From Candidatus Dormiibacterota bacterium (GTDB lineage Bacteria; Chloroflexota; Dormibacteria; Aeolococcales; Aeolococcaceae), in assembly GCA_963718525.1 (NCBI GenBank), contig OY970355.1, positions 736,001 through 800,000 of the forward strand: a stretch of 64,000 nt of DNA. The letters are read 5' to 3'. The first letter of the stretch is position 1. Each line of letters starts with the position of its first letter. Below the pieces are notes generated by a model. It did not search any database and was not told where the DNA came from. It was given only the letters and a program-made list of their open reading frames with translations. Both the position numbers and the translations under genes were made by a program. Of the stretch, positions 9,528 through 20,400 are shown piece by piece.

Positions 9528-9746
9528 ATGTCAACCCCGTTGGACACGCAGATGGCGGATATCTCTCCACTTCAACGACTCCCCCGCGGCGGGCCCGATG
9601 GTTCTGCTGATCTGGCGGTTCGCGTCCGCTACCTTCGCCGCAGCCGTCGCTTTGCGACCGGCCGCATGTGGATCACCCTCTGGGTCACCGCCTTCGCAGT
9701 GGTGGGCTGGCTGTTCATCGCGGGGTTCGCCGGCTTCAACCACTGA
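9528..9746 (+). CDS. Small hypothetical membrane protein
   Basis: Basic stretch followed by a C-terminal TM helix. Confidence 0.45.
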   Translation: MSTPLDTQMADISPLQRLPRGGPDGSADLAVRVRYLRRSRRFATGRMWITLWVTAFAVVGWLFIAGFAGFNH

Positions 9747-9771
9747 GCCGGAAGGACCGAGCGGCGATCTC

Positions 9772-11268
9772 TCAGTCGATCAGCTCGCGGAGGTCTTGGA
9801 GCTGGAGTGAGATCCATCGCGTGATGTCATTGGTTCGGACCACGTCGCGAATCTTTGCCTGGCGGGCCTTCTTCTGGCCCTCATCCATCATCAGCCCGAG
9901 GTAGAGGGCCTCCGCCGTCTCGTCGATGTCGAACGGATTGACGGTGATCGCCCATTCGCCGAGCTCCTCGTGTGAGCCGGCGTTCTCGCTGAGCACCAGC
10001 ACACCGTCGCGCTGGTTGACGAGCGGTCCCTCCTTGGCGACAAGGTTCATCCCGTCGTAGATCGGATTGACGAGGAGCACATCGAAGATGCGGTATCCGG
10101 CGATTGCGCGCTCCATGTTGTCCTCGATCTCGACGCGGATCGGCGTCCATCCGCCGCGACTGTATTCGCGATTGATGCGCGCCGCCACTCGCAACACGCT
10201 CCCGAGGTAGGCGCGATAGTCGTCGATGTCCTGCCGGCTCGGTTGCAGGAATGCCCAGAACATGACGTCGCCGGTCAGCTCGGGATGAGCCTCGAGCATG
10301 CGCTCGTATGCGAGAAAACCGCGCACGATGTTCTTGCTCAGGTCAGTGCGGTCGACGCGCAGGATCAGGTGTTTCGGACGCCACTGGTCGATGCGTTCGA
10401 TTTCCGCCAGCACCGCGGGTTGTTCGGAATGCTGGATGAACGTCTTCGGATCGACGCTGATCGGGTAGTTGCGCACCCACACCGCGCGCCCTTCCGAGAA
10501 CACCGTGCGCTCGCGATGGTCGACCGTCAGACCGAGGTTCTGCTCGCACGTCATCAGGAAGTTGCGGACGTCGCGTGACGTCTGGAAGCCGATGATGTCC
10601 GAGCCGAGCAGGCCGTGCACGATCGCATCGCGGATGTGCCGCGGCAGCACCGTCCAGTACTGCGGCGTCGGCCACGGGATGTGCACGAAATGCTGGATGC
10701 GCACGTCGGGACGCTGTTCGCGGATCAGTCCCGGCACGCAGTACATCTGATAGTCCTGCACGAACACCACCGCCGGTTTGTCCGCGCCGTCGACCTCCGC
10801 GATCACACGGTCCGCGACGAGCCGGTTCACCTTGACGTACCCGTCGCGCCACGCCCGGTGGATGGTCTCGTCGACGACCGGTTCACGAGCCAGGTCCCAC
10901 AGGTAGTGCTGGATGAACCAGAGCAGCGGGTTCGAGATGACGTTGTAGTAGAGGTCATATGCCTCGGTGGTCGGCTCCACGAAGGCAACCTTGAGCGTGG
11001 TCCCGTCCTCGGTGGTCAGCTCGGCCGGATCACCCCGTTCCGCGAGCTTGCGATCCGAGGCATCGCGGGCCAGCGCGACCCACACGGCCTCGGTCGCCGA
11101 GGCGAGCGAGGTCATCGCGGTGACCAGACCCCCTGCACCCTTGACCAGCCGCTCCGAGGTGCCCCGATACGGGTCTGCGTTGTGCAGGACCAGCGGGGCC
11201 CGGTTGGCGACGATGATGGGCTGGACGCTGCCGAGGATCCTGCGCGTGTACGGCTCGATCGCCGACAA
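9772..11268 (-). CDS. otsA: Trehalose-6-phosphate synthase (GT20)
   Basis: VANRAP, AGGLVT, QDYQ, HFVHIPWP, RVDRTDLSKNI and DGMNLVAKE motifs. Confidence 0.9.
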   Translation of the reverse strand: MSAIEPYTRRILGSVQPIIVANRAPLVLHNADPYRGTSERLVKGAGGLVTAMTSLASATEAVWVALARDASDRKLAERGDPAELTTEDGTTLKVAFVEPTTEAYDLYYNVISNPLLWFIQHYLWDLAREPVVDETIHRAWRDGYVKVNRLVADRVIAEVDGADKPAVVFVQDYQMYCVPGLIREQRPDVRIQHFVHIPWPTPQYWTVLPRHIRDAIVHGLLGSDIIGFQTSRDVRNFLMTCEQNLGLTVDHRERTVFSEGRAVWVRNYPISVDPKTFIQHSEQPAVLAEIERIDQWRPKHLILRVDRTDLSKNIVRGFLAYERMLEAHPELTGDVMFWAFLQPSRQDIDDYRAYLGSVLRVAARINREYSRGGWTPIRVEIEDNMERAIAGYRIFDVLLVNPIYDGMNLVAKEGPLVNQRDGVLVLSENAGSHEELGEWAITVNPFDIDETAEALYLGLMMDEGQKKARQAKIRDVVRTNDITRWISLQLQDLRELID

Positions 11269-11367
11269 AGGCTCAACTCCTTCTCACGCCGAGCGGGGCC
11301 TGCCCGCCGAGCCCATGCTACCGGGACCGTCCTTGCGAGGGCCTCAGCGGCCACAATCCGATGGCAC

Positions 11368-12261
11368 ATGGCCCATCCCCTCGCCGAATATCGCGTCGAT
11401 ACGGCGCGCCTGACGCTCTCGGTGCGAGACCACGCCGGTGGCGAGCCGTCCATCCTCGCGCTCCACGGCCTGGCGAGCAATGCGCGCTGGTGGGATCTCG
11501 TCGCGGAGGATCTCGTTCCCGCATATCGGGTGATCTCGGTGGACCTGCCGGGTCATGGCAAGAGCGATCGGCCGGACTCGGGCTACGACTTCGACACGGT
11601 GTCGAGCGACCTCGAGGGACTGCTTGCGGCGATCCGCCACCCTGAGCCGGTGGTGGTGGTCGGGCACAGCTGGGGCGCGACGGTCGCCCTCGCGTTCGCC
11701 GCGAACCACCCGGAGTTGGCGCTCGGCGTCGTCTGCATCGATGGCGGCGCCGGCGACCTCAAGGCGTACTTCGGCCCGAGCTGGGAGATGGCCGAGCAGA
11801 CCATGCGCCCGCCGGCGCTGAAGGGCGTGACCCCGGCGATGCTGCGCGCGTGGATGGACTCGTCGCCGCTGCGCGACGGGTCTGACCCGGACACTGCGGC
11901 CGCGATCCTGATGGGCAACTTCGAGGACGACGGCACCGGCGCCGGCACCCTCCGCCCGCGCCTCTCGCTCGAGCACCACATGGAGATTGCCCACCACCTC
12001 TTCGACGCCAATGGGTTCGAGCTGATGGCGAAGGTGCGCTGTCCGATGCTCTTCATTCCCGCCGGTCATCCCGACCACGAGGACTCGCCGAAGGTGCGGT
12101 CGATCGAGCGAGCCAGGGAGGTGGTGGGCGATCGCGCACGCTTCGTGTGGATCGACGGAGTGCACGACCTCCCGGTGCAGCGGCCGAAGCAGGTCGCGCA
12201 GGCGATCGCGGCATTCGTCGACGAGCTGGTGGCTCAGCCGAGCAGCACGTCCCAGAAGTAG
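11368..12261 (+). CDS. Alpha/beta fold hydrolase
   Basis: LHGLAS, DLPGHGKS, GHSWG nucleophile elbow, C-terminal His. Confidence 0.88.
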   Translation: MAHPLAEYRVDTARLTLSVRDHAGGEPSILALHGLASNARWWDLVAEDLVPAYRVISVDLPGHGKSDRPDSGYDFDTVSSDLEGLLAAIRHPEPVVVVGHSWGATVALAFAANHPELALGVVCIDGGAGDLKAYFGPSWEMAEQTMRPPALKGVTPAMLRAWMDSSPLRDGSDPDTAAAILMGNFEDDGTGAGTLRPRLSLEHHMEIAHHLFDANGFELMAKVRCPMLFIPAGHPDHEDSPKVRSIERAREVVGDRARFVWIDGVHDLPVQRPKQVAQAIAAFVDELVAQPSSTSQK

Positions 12262-13760
12262 CGCTCGCTCCGGGGCACGCCCTGATCGACGTGGATGTGC
12301 TTCACCTCGGTGTACTCGAGCAGGCCCGCTCGTCCGTGCTCGCGACCGATGCCGCTCTGCTTGTAACCCCCGAACGGCGCGAGCGGGTTGAGCAGGTGCC
12401 AGTCGTTGATCCAGACCGTCCCGGTACGCAGCTGTTTGGCGATCTCGATGGCGCCGCGCGTGTCGCGCGACCACACGCCGCCCGCGAGTCCGTAGATCGT
12501 CCGGTTGGCGCGCTGGATCACCTCGCCGAGGTCGCTCCAGCGCTGCACCGCGAGGACCGGTCCGAAGATCTCTTCGGTGCCGGCGTGCGAGTCGGGCGAC
12601 ACATTGGTGAGCACGGTTGGCTGGATGAAGAAGCCGCGGTCGCCGACGTTGGGCGCTCGCCCGCCGCCGCAGGCGACGGTCGCTCCCTCCTGCTTCGCCC
12701 GCTCGATCGCGGCCAAGATCATGTCGTACTGAGCGCGGTTGATCACCGGGCCGACCTGGGTGTCGAAGTCGGCCGCGTCACCCACACGCAGCGACGCCGC
12801 TCCGTCGACGAGACGGTCGACAAAGGTGTCGTAGATGTCGTCGTGGACGAAGAGGCGGGTGCCCGATTCGCACATCTGACCCTGATGGAAGAAGGTGCCG
12901 AAGAGCGCGCCATCGACCGCGATATCGAGGTCCGCATCCGGGCAGACGATGTTCGCGGACTTGCCGCCGAGCTCGAGCGTCACCTTCTTTATGGTGGGTG
13001 CGGCAGCTGCGAGGATCTTGCGGCCGGTGGCGGTGGATCCTGTGAAGGCCACCTTGTCCACGTCTGGGTTCTCGACGAGCTCGATGCCCGCGTCAACGCT
13101 GTCCCCGGTGACGACGTTGAGCACGCCTTTGGGGAGCAGGCCCGTTTCGTCGATGGCGCGAGCGACCGCCAGTGCGGACAGCGGCGTCTGCGGCGCCGGC
13201 TTCAGGACGATCGAGTTGCCCATGGCGAGCGCCGGCGCGATCTTCCACATCGCGAAGATCAACGGGTAGTTCCACGGGATGATCCCGGCGCACACGCCCA
13301 CCGGCTCGCGCTGCACGAAGTTCCAGGAGACGTAGGGGGAATCGATCCAGGGCAGCGGCTCGTACCAGGGCACGCCAAGCGCCTGCTCGGCCATGCTCCG
13401 GAACCACTCGATGGCGAGGGGCACATCGACCACAGAGGTCTTGCGCAGCGCAGCGCCGGCATTCTGCGATTCGAGCAGCCCCCAGTCGTCCGAGACCTCC
13501 TGGAGGTGCTCGACGATCTGGAACATGATCTGGGTGCGCTGCAACTGCGACTTGAGGCGCCAGTCCCCGGCTTCGAAGGAGCGGCGTGCGGCAGCGACGG
13601 CCCGGCGGGCGTCGGCCCGCGTGCTCGCCGGCGCGACGGCCATGACCTCTTCGGTGGACGGGTTGATGACGTCATAGGTGTGTCCGTCCTCGGCTCCGAC
13701 CCACTCACCGTCGATGTACTGCTGATACGTCGTCACCTCGGGCTCGACGACCGCTGTCAC
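12234..13760 (-). CDS. Aldehyde dehydrogenase family protein
   Basis: IIPWNYP, FTGST, LELGGKS, GQMCESG, EEIFGPV and FGGYKQSG motifs. Confidence 0.95.
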   Translation of the reverse strand: MTAVVEPEVTTYQQYIDGEWVGAEDGHTYDVINPSTEEVMAVAPASTRADARRAVAAARRSFEAGDWRLKSQLQRTQIMFQIVEHLQEVSDDWGLLESQNAGAALRKTSVVDVPLAIEWFRSMAEQALGVPWYEPLPWIDSPYVSWNFVQREPVGVCAGIIPWNYPLIFAMWKIAPALAMGNSIVLKPAPQTPLSALAVARAIDETGLLPKGVLNVVTGDSVDAGIELVENPDVDKVAFTGSTATGRKILAAAAPTIKKVTLELGGKSANIVCPDADLDIAVDGALFGTFFHQGQMCESGTRLFVHDDIYDTFVDRLVDGAASLRVGDAADFDTQVGPVINRAQYDMILAAIERAKQEGATVACGGGRAPNVGDRGFFIQPTVLTNVSPDSHAGTEEIFGPVLAVQRWSDLGEVIQRANRTIYGLAGGVWSRDTRGAIEIAKQLRTGTVWINDWHLLNPLAPFGGYKQSGIGREHGRAGLLEYTEVKHIHVDQGVPRSERYFWDVLLG

Positions 13761-13943
13761 TGACCACCTCCACCGCCCTGGGCCGCTGTTGACACCGGTG
13801 TCGATTATGCGGCGGGAGCTTGAGCGCTCTCATCGTGCCCCTCGCCTGACGACAGCCGTGGCGGTGCGCATTTGTCCGCGCCGCTGCGGCTACCATACCC
13901 TACGATACTGTCATTCTGCGAGCGCATACAGTGGAGTGGCGGC

Positions 13944-15110
13944 ATGGATCAGATCGAGTTCGCCGACGGCTTCGACAGACCAGACACGATCGCGTTCGGG
14001 CTCGGCGCCGGGCAGGTCGCCGTGGTCATGGCCTGCGCGCTTGCCGCGTATTCGCTGGTGCGCTCGCCGCTGCCGCCCGCGTTTGTCGACCCGATCGCCG
14101 GATTGCTCGTGGTTGCGGCGGCTGCGCTCGGGTGGCTGAGAGTCGAGGGGCGGCCGGCGCTCGACTGGGCGATCTTCGCCGGACGTTTCTGGATGCGTCC
14201 GCGCCGGGGGATGACCCGGTGGGAGCTCGCGACCACCACCCCGGGTGACGACGCCCAGCCTGCGCCGGGCACCGCTGCACAAGGGGCTGTCATTGAGCTC
14301 TTCGCTGCGCGCGGCACGCCTCCCGCGAGCGACCCGGGAACGCCGCCCGTGCTTCGCCCCATCAGCCGGGGGAGTGGCGCGCGACGGGTGACCTTCTTCT
14401 CCCTGCGAGGCGGCACCGGGCGCAGCACGCTGGCCACCGAACTCGCGTGCCTGCTCGCCGCCAGCCATAGCGAACAGCGCGCGGCTCCTCGGGTGGCACT
14501 CGTCGATCTCGACCTGCGCAGTCCGAGCGTGGCAGTCCGCCTCGGTACGCCGGAGCAGACGCTGCTCGACTACGCGCTCGCCCCGCCCGAAGAGAGACGA
14601 GTCGTCGACTTCATGGCCACCCACTCGTCCGGCGTCCGCCTGCTGCTCGGTCCACAGCGCCCCGTGAATCCCGAGTGGCCGGTGACGCCGGCGCTCCTCC
14701 GCGAGGTGCTTCGCGAGCTGGACATGGAGGCGTTCGACCTCGTGGTTCTGGACGTGTCGCCAGAGCTGTCACCACTGAACACCACGGCGATCTGCGCGTG
14801 CGATGACGTGTTCGTGGTGGTCGTGCCCACAGCGGGCGGTGTGCAGGATGCGTATCGGAGCACGGCGGCACTTCGCGGCCTCGGGCTGCGCCATCAGCTC
14901 CGCTACGTCGTCAATCGATCCAGGCCCGAGACGGACCTGAGTGAGCCGATGGCCGACCTCGGCGGTCAGGTGATTGGCGATATTCCGGACGACGAGTCGG
15001 TGGTCACCGCAGAGAATGCGCATCGACTCGTGACCCTCGACGAGTCGGCTCCTGCGGCGATCGCCCTCCGCCGACTCGCGCGCAGGGTCGGGAGCGAGCT
15101 GCACGCCTAG
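13944..15110 (+). CDS. PrgI/VirB3-like membrane domain fused to a MinD/CpaE(TadZ)-like P-loop domain
   Basis: N-terminus has D-x-IAFGL, two TM helices and GRPALDW..FWMRPR (PrgI pattern); C-terminus has FSLRGGTGRST, VALVDLDL, VVLDVS, VVNR and IPDD (MinD/ParA family). Confidence 0.7.
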   Translation: MDQIEFADGFDRPDTIAFGLGAGQVAVVMACALAAYSLVRSPLPPAFVDPIAGLLVVAAAALGWLRVEGRPALDWAIFAGRFWMRPRRGMTRWELATTTPGDDAQPAPGTAAQGAVIELFAARGTPPASDPGTPPVLRPISRGSGARRVTFFSLRGGTGRSTLATELACLLAASHSEQRAAPRVALVDLDLRSPSVAVRLGTPEQTLLDYALAPPEERRVVDFMATHSSGVRLLLGPQRPVNPEWPVTPALLREVLRELDMEAFDLVVLDVSPELSPLNTTAICACDDVFVVVVPTAGGVQDAYRSTAALRGLGLRHQLRYVVNRSRPETDLSEPMADLGGQVIGDIPDDESVVTAENAHRLVTLDESAPAAIALRRLARRVGSELHA

Positions 15111-17305
15111 TGGCCGGACTCAGCATCCGGGGCTGGCGGCCATCGGCGGCACCGGGACTCGCTGCGAAGATCGAGATCCGCGGAGACCATTGCGAGTACA
15201 CCGGGCGGGTTTCCGCAGTGCTCGCGACCAGCGAGTTGGACATCGATGCGCTGGATCCCGCGCGCAAGGCGGCTGCATCGGCGTCGTTCGCGCGCCTCTG
15301 CCACACGTTGCAGACCCCGATGCAGCTGCTCGTCCGCGTCCGGCTCCTCGACGCACCAGACGAACCGATCGCTGATGGCCCTCATGCCCATCTCGATGAC
15401 GCGATGCACCGGCACTGGACTGAACAGATCCTCGACGGCAACCGGCACACCCGTCAGGTCCTGGTCGCGCTGAGTGCCTCGACGCCATCGGCGCTTGACG
15501 CGGCGTGTGCGCACGCGAGCGATCGCCTCGGAGCGCTCGGCGTCATCGCGACGCGCCTCCAGGACGGCCCGCTGATGGACGCGCTCACCGCCGGCCTCGA
15601 GACGAAGTGCGATTGGTACGAGTATCCGAAACACGTCGCGATCGGCGGGATGCTGGTGCGCGGTCATGCGCTTCGGCGTCTTCCCGGCCACGCGGTGGGG
15701 GCGGGCTGGCTGGCACCGCTGCTCAGCGTGCAGACCGAGTGCGACATCGCGATCCACGTGGTGCCGGCACCCCTCGGCGAAGCCCTCGGCCGCCTGAGCA
15801 GGCGACTGCGTGATCTCTCCGCACATCGCATGCTCGAGGTCGAGCGAGGCGCGCTCGGTGACGTGCACGTCGACATCGGTTTCAACTCGGCAACCGCACT
15901 CCGCGAGAGGCTGGCACGCAACCAGGGACGTCCGCTCCATCTCTCAGTCGTGGCAACGGTTCGCGGCGATTCCCTCGACAGCGTGCACGCCCGTGGCGAG
16001 ACGTTGCGCGTGGCATTCGCGTCGTCGCTCATCGGCGTCGAGGCAACGCACTTCCGCCACATGGCCGCGCTGGTCAGCACGCTCCCACTCGGCGTCGAAG
16101 CGCTGAGCGCCGGCAAGCTCGTCGACTCTGCGGCCGCGGCCACGTGCATCCCGTGGGTCGAGACAGGATGCTCGGATCCAGGCGGATACCGGCTCGGCGC
16201 GGCGATCACCTCCGGACTTCCGGTCAAGGTCGCGCCGTTCGACACCACGCGCCATCCCAACCCGAACATCGCCGTCTTCGCAGCCTCAGGCCACGGCAAG
16301 AGCTTCGCGATCGGCACGCTCGTGCTCGAAGCCGCGGTCACAGGCGTGAACTCGGTGATCATCGATCCCGAGGGCGAGTACCGCGGCCTGGTCCGCGCGC
16401 TCGGCGGGCGCTACCTCGAGCTCGCGCCCGGCACCGGCGCCGCAGTCAACGTGTTCGAAGGCGCCGGCAATGATCCCGAAGCGGCGATTGCCGCGGTGGT
16501 TGACCTCGTCACCGTGCTGTGCGGCGATCAACTCGGCGAGGTGGAGCGCGCCGTCATCGACGCCGCAGCGCGGGCGGGTCTCGAGCGTGCGGCGGGCGAC
16601 CACCGCGTCCCGCTCCTCGAGGACTGCATTCCCACGCTCGATGTCGACGCGCGCCCCGTTGCCGCTGTGGTCCGGCGCTTCTGCACCGGAGGCCTCGGTG
16701 CCCTCTTCAACCGTCCCACGTCGCTCGCCGTCGATTCCGGCGTGTGCGCCATCTCGCTGCGAGACATGCCGCCCGAGCATGTTGCGGCCGCGACGCTCAT
16801 CGTCGCGCGTTGGTTGTGGGAGCTGGTGCAGCGCGACCGGCGGCGCCGTCATATCGTGTTCGACGAGGTTGGCGCGCTCTGCGTGCACCGCCCCCTGCGC
16901 GACCTGCTCGTGCAGCTCGCGCGACGCTGCCGCAAGTACAGCGCATCGCTGGTGGTGGCGACGCAGAACGCGCAGGACCTGCTCGGCACCGATGAGGGCA
17001 GCGTGATCGCGACCAATTGCGCAGTGGTCCTCCTGGGTGGTCATCGAGCGGCGGAAACCGCGCGAATGGAACGTGCGTTCGGCCTCACCGAGGCGCAGCG
17101 AGGCTTCCTCGAGACCGCATCTCGCGGCGAGTTCCTGCTCCTCGCGGGCGATCGGCGCGTTGCCATGCGCATCGAGGTTCCGGAGGTACACCGGTCCATA
17201 CTCAATGGCGAATTCGCGGCGCAGTACCCCCTTGACGGCAGCCCTCCCGACTCGCAAGATATGGGGGCTCCCGGACGGCTGAGCCCCAAGATATGGGATC
17301 ATTAA
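15110..17305 (+). CDS. VirB4/TraC-like ATPase
   Basis: NPNIAVFAASGHGKS (Walker A), IIDPEGEY, IVFDEV (Walker B), ARRCRKY..VATQN, FL..ASRGEFLL; start overlaps the upstream stop. Confidence 0.85.
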   Translation: MAGLSIRGWRPSAAPGLAAKIEIRGDHCEYTGRVSAVLATSELDIDALDPARKAAASASFARLCHTLQTPMQLLVRVRLLDAPDEPIADGPHAHLDDAMHRHWTEQILDGNRHTRQVLVALSASTPSALDAACAHASDRLGALGVIATRLQDGPLMDALTAGLETKCDWYEYPKHVAIGGMLVRGHALRRLPGHAVGAGWLAPLLSVQTECDIAIHVVPAPLGEALGRLSRRLRDLSAHRMLEVERGALGDVHVDIGFNSATALRERLARNQGRPLHLSVVATVRGDSLDSVHARGETLRVAFASSLIGVEATHFRHMAALVSTLPLGVEALSAGKLVDSAAAATCIPWVETGCSDPGGYRLGAAITSGLPVKVAPFDTTRHPNPNIAVFAASGHGKSFAIGTLVLEAAVTGVNSVIIDPEGEYRGLVRALGGRYLELAPGTGAAVNVFEGAGNDPEAAIAAVVDLVTVLCGDQLGEVERAVIDAAARAGLERAAGDHRVPLLEDCIPTLDVDARPVAAVVRRFCTGGLGALFNRPTSLAVDSGVCAISLRDMPPEHVAAATLIVARWLWELVQRDRRRRHIVFDEVGALCVHRPLRDLLVQLARRCRKYSASLVVATQNAQDLLGTDEGSVIATNCAVVLLGGHRAAETARMERAFGLTEAQRGFLETASRGEFLLLAGDRRVAMRIEVPEVHRSILNGEFAAQYPLDGSPPDSQDMGAPGRLSPKIWDH
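17232..17299 (+). promoter_or_regulatory. nrdJ promoter with tandem NrdR boxes
   Basis: TTGACG-17 bp-CAAGAT promoter; two CAAGATATGGG cores at 17255 and 17287 (32 bp apart) fit the NrdR box consensus acaCwAtATaTwGtg. Confidence 0.75.
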
Positions 17306-17406
17306 CGTGATCTCACCACTGGAGATAGGGGCTCGAGGTCGCCAGGGCGCGGTCCTGCACACGTCTCTGCACAATGAAGCGCCCACCAGCTAGAAGAGGA
17401 AAGACC

Positions 17407-20400
17407 GTGGATCGATCCGCCTCCAAACCCGTCCCAGACAACTCGCACAGCATCTCGATGGAGCCCCCGTCGGGACGCAGATCGGGTCGTAGAAACGGGA
17501 CCGCGCAGGCGCGCGTCAGCGCCAAGGTGGAGGTCGAGGGCGGCGGGATTCACGTCGAGCGGCGCTTCACCAAAGAGGGTGTGCATCCCTTCGACGAGGT
17601 GACCTGGGAACAGCGCACCGCGGCCATCGGCAACGAGAAGGGCGAGACCGTCTTCGAGCAGAAGGATTGCGAGATCCCGACGTTCTGGTCACAGATGGCC
17701 ACAAACGTGGTGGTCAGCAAGTACTTCCGCGGCAAGCTCGGAACGCCCGGTCGCGAGACCAGTGTCAAGCAGATGATCTCGCGCGTTGCCGAAGCCATCG
17801 GTAAGTTCGGCAGGGCAGGCGGGTATTTCGCCACCGAGACCGACGCCCAGGCATTCCAGGACGAGCTCACCCACCTGTTGCTCCACCAGAAGATGGCCTT
17901 CAACAGCCCGGTGTGGTTCAACCTCGGCGTCTCCACGAGCAAGCCGCAGATCAGTGCGTGTCAGCCGTATGACGCACGAGTCGCGACACCCAATGGCATG
18001 ATCCCCATCGGAGAGCTCGTCGATCGCGATGCCATCGGCGAGGAAGTCTTTGATCGGAATGGCGTGACGCGGATCGTAGCGACCAAGGCGAACGGCCGGA
18101 AGGAAGTCTTCAGGTTGACCATCGGATCGGGGGTCACGGTGGACGCAACCGCAGACCACGTCATCCTGGTTGCCGATGACCGAAAGGGGCTTCGGACATC
18201 TTGGAAGCGCGTCGGCGAGGTGAGGCCCGGGGATCGCCTGGTTCTCGATGCAAGTAGGACCGTGATGCGTCCCGCGGAAGTCTCCGTCATGGAGCTTGCT
18301 GGCCTTGGCGCGCCTCGTCCCTATGCAGGACGCGGTCGGCGGTTCCAGCAGCAGGGCGATGTCGAGAGCTGGATCGAGACAGCAGCCACTGAACCGCATC
18401 TGATTGCGGTTGCGGAAGCGTCCCTCGCCGGCTGGCTGCAGGGCGATGGTTACGTTGGGATCCCAGCTGGCTGCACATCACTCGTCATCGAACTGCAGCC
18501 TGCGGACGCAGAGGAATTGGCGGATGTCGAGAGGCTCCTCGATATCGTCTTTCCTGGCGTCCATCGTCATGTCACACGCTCCGACGCGGCTGGAGATCGG
18601 GGCTGCTACAGGGTGCGGCTGTCCGGCGAAGTCCTCGTTCCGTTTGTGAACAAGTGGGAATTGACCACCCGTGGCGCCGAGATGCACGTTCCCAGCTGCC
18701 TGTGGAGCTCATCGACGGATGAGATCGCCGGGTACGTGCGCAGTCTCTTCCAGGCAGATGGCTACGTGAGCATCCAGGCTAGAACAGCCGATCGCGCATG
18801 GCCGCGAGCCGCCGTCGGTCTTGGCACTGTTTCCTATCAGCTCGCGGCGGACGTCCAGCAGTTGCTGCTGACCCTCGGTGTCCAATCGACGGTCAGGACT
18901 GAGCCGGCGCACGGCGTCCGGCAAGCGTTCAACACAGTCACCATCGGCACACGCCCGGACCGGCTGCTCTTCGAAGAGCTCGTCGGCTTCCCCTGTGCTC
19001 GCAAGGCCTCCTTGCTGAAGGCGTCACTCGAGATCGGTGTCGATAACACCCCAAGGCATCAGATCCGATTCCCGCGCGTCGCCGCGATCGCGTCACGCGG
19101 CGTCATGGACGTCTACGACATCCAGACGGAAAGCGGCAACTACCTGAGCAATCACGTCGTCGTGCACAACTGCTTCATCAACAGCGTTGACGACACCATG
19201 GAGTCGATCCTCACGCTCGCCAAGACCGAGGGCATGCTCTTCAAGTACGGCAGCGGCACGGGGACCAACCTCTCCAGCATCCGTTCGTCGACCGAGTCGC
19301 TCGCCGGCGGCGGCACCGCCAGCGGGCCTGTGTCCTTCATGAAGGGCTTCGACGCCTTCGCCGGGGTCATCAAGAGCGGTGGCACGACGCGCCGCGCCGC
19401 CAAGATGGTGATCCTCAATGCCGACCATCCCGACATCGAGGAGTTCATCACCTGCAAGGTGAGCGAGGAGCGCAAGGCGTGGGCGCTCATCGAGGCCGGA
19501 TACGACAGCTCCTTCACCGGCGAGGCGTACGCGTCGGTCTTCTTCCAGAACAGCAACAACTCGGTCCGCGTGACCGACGAGTTCATGCGCGCGGTGCAGG
19601 ACGATCGCGACTGGCATCTCCACGCGGTCACCAACTCCAGCCGGATCCTCAAGACCGTGAAGGCCCGCGAGCTGATGCGGCTCATCGCCGAGTCGGCGTG
19701 GCAGTGCGGCGACCCCGGCATGCAGTACGACACCACCATCAACGACTGGCACACGTCCGCGGCAACGGGTCGCATCAACGCCAGCAATCCGTGCAGCGAG
19801 TTCATGTTCCTCGATGACACCAGCTGCAACCTAGCGTCGATCAATCTCACCCGGTTCCTCAACGACGACGGTTCGATCGACATCGAGGCCTACAAGCACG
19901 CGATCCACATCACGATCACCGCGCAGGAGATCCTGGTCAGCAACGCCTCGTATCCCACGGAGAAGATCGCCAGAAACAGCGAGGAGTTCCGTCCGCTCGG
20001 TCTCGGCTATGCCAATCTCGGCGCCCTGCTCATGGCGCGCGGCGTTCCGTACAACTCCCCGCAGGGTCGTGACCTGGCCGCGTGCCTCACCTCGATCCTC
20101 ACCGGCGAGGCGTACGCGCAATCGGCTCGCATCGCACGCGAGATCGGACCCTTCAGCGGCTACGCCGTCAACCGCCAGCCGATGCTGCGCGTGGTCGGCA
20201 AGCACCGTGAGGCCGCGTACAACATCCCGACCGACAACATCGAGCCCGACCTCGTCGGCGCGGCGCGCCATGCATGGGACGAGGCCCACGAGCTTGGCGC
20301 GCGTTACGGCTATCGCAACTCGCAGGCCACCGTGCTCGCACCCACCGGGACGATCAGCTTCATGCTCGACTGCGACACCACCGGCGTCGAGCCGGACATC

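Noticed and set aside
12147-13763. Long antisense ORFs (also 5904..7097, 19831..21105, 51775..53898, 58842..60734)
   Set aside because: Shadow frames of high-GC3 genes with no recognisable motifs.
13944-17305. Complete ICE or conjugative element
   Set aside because: No relaxase, coupling protein, integrase or att repeats; reported as a stand-alone module instead.
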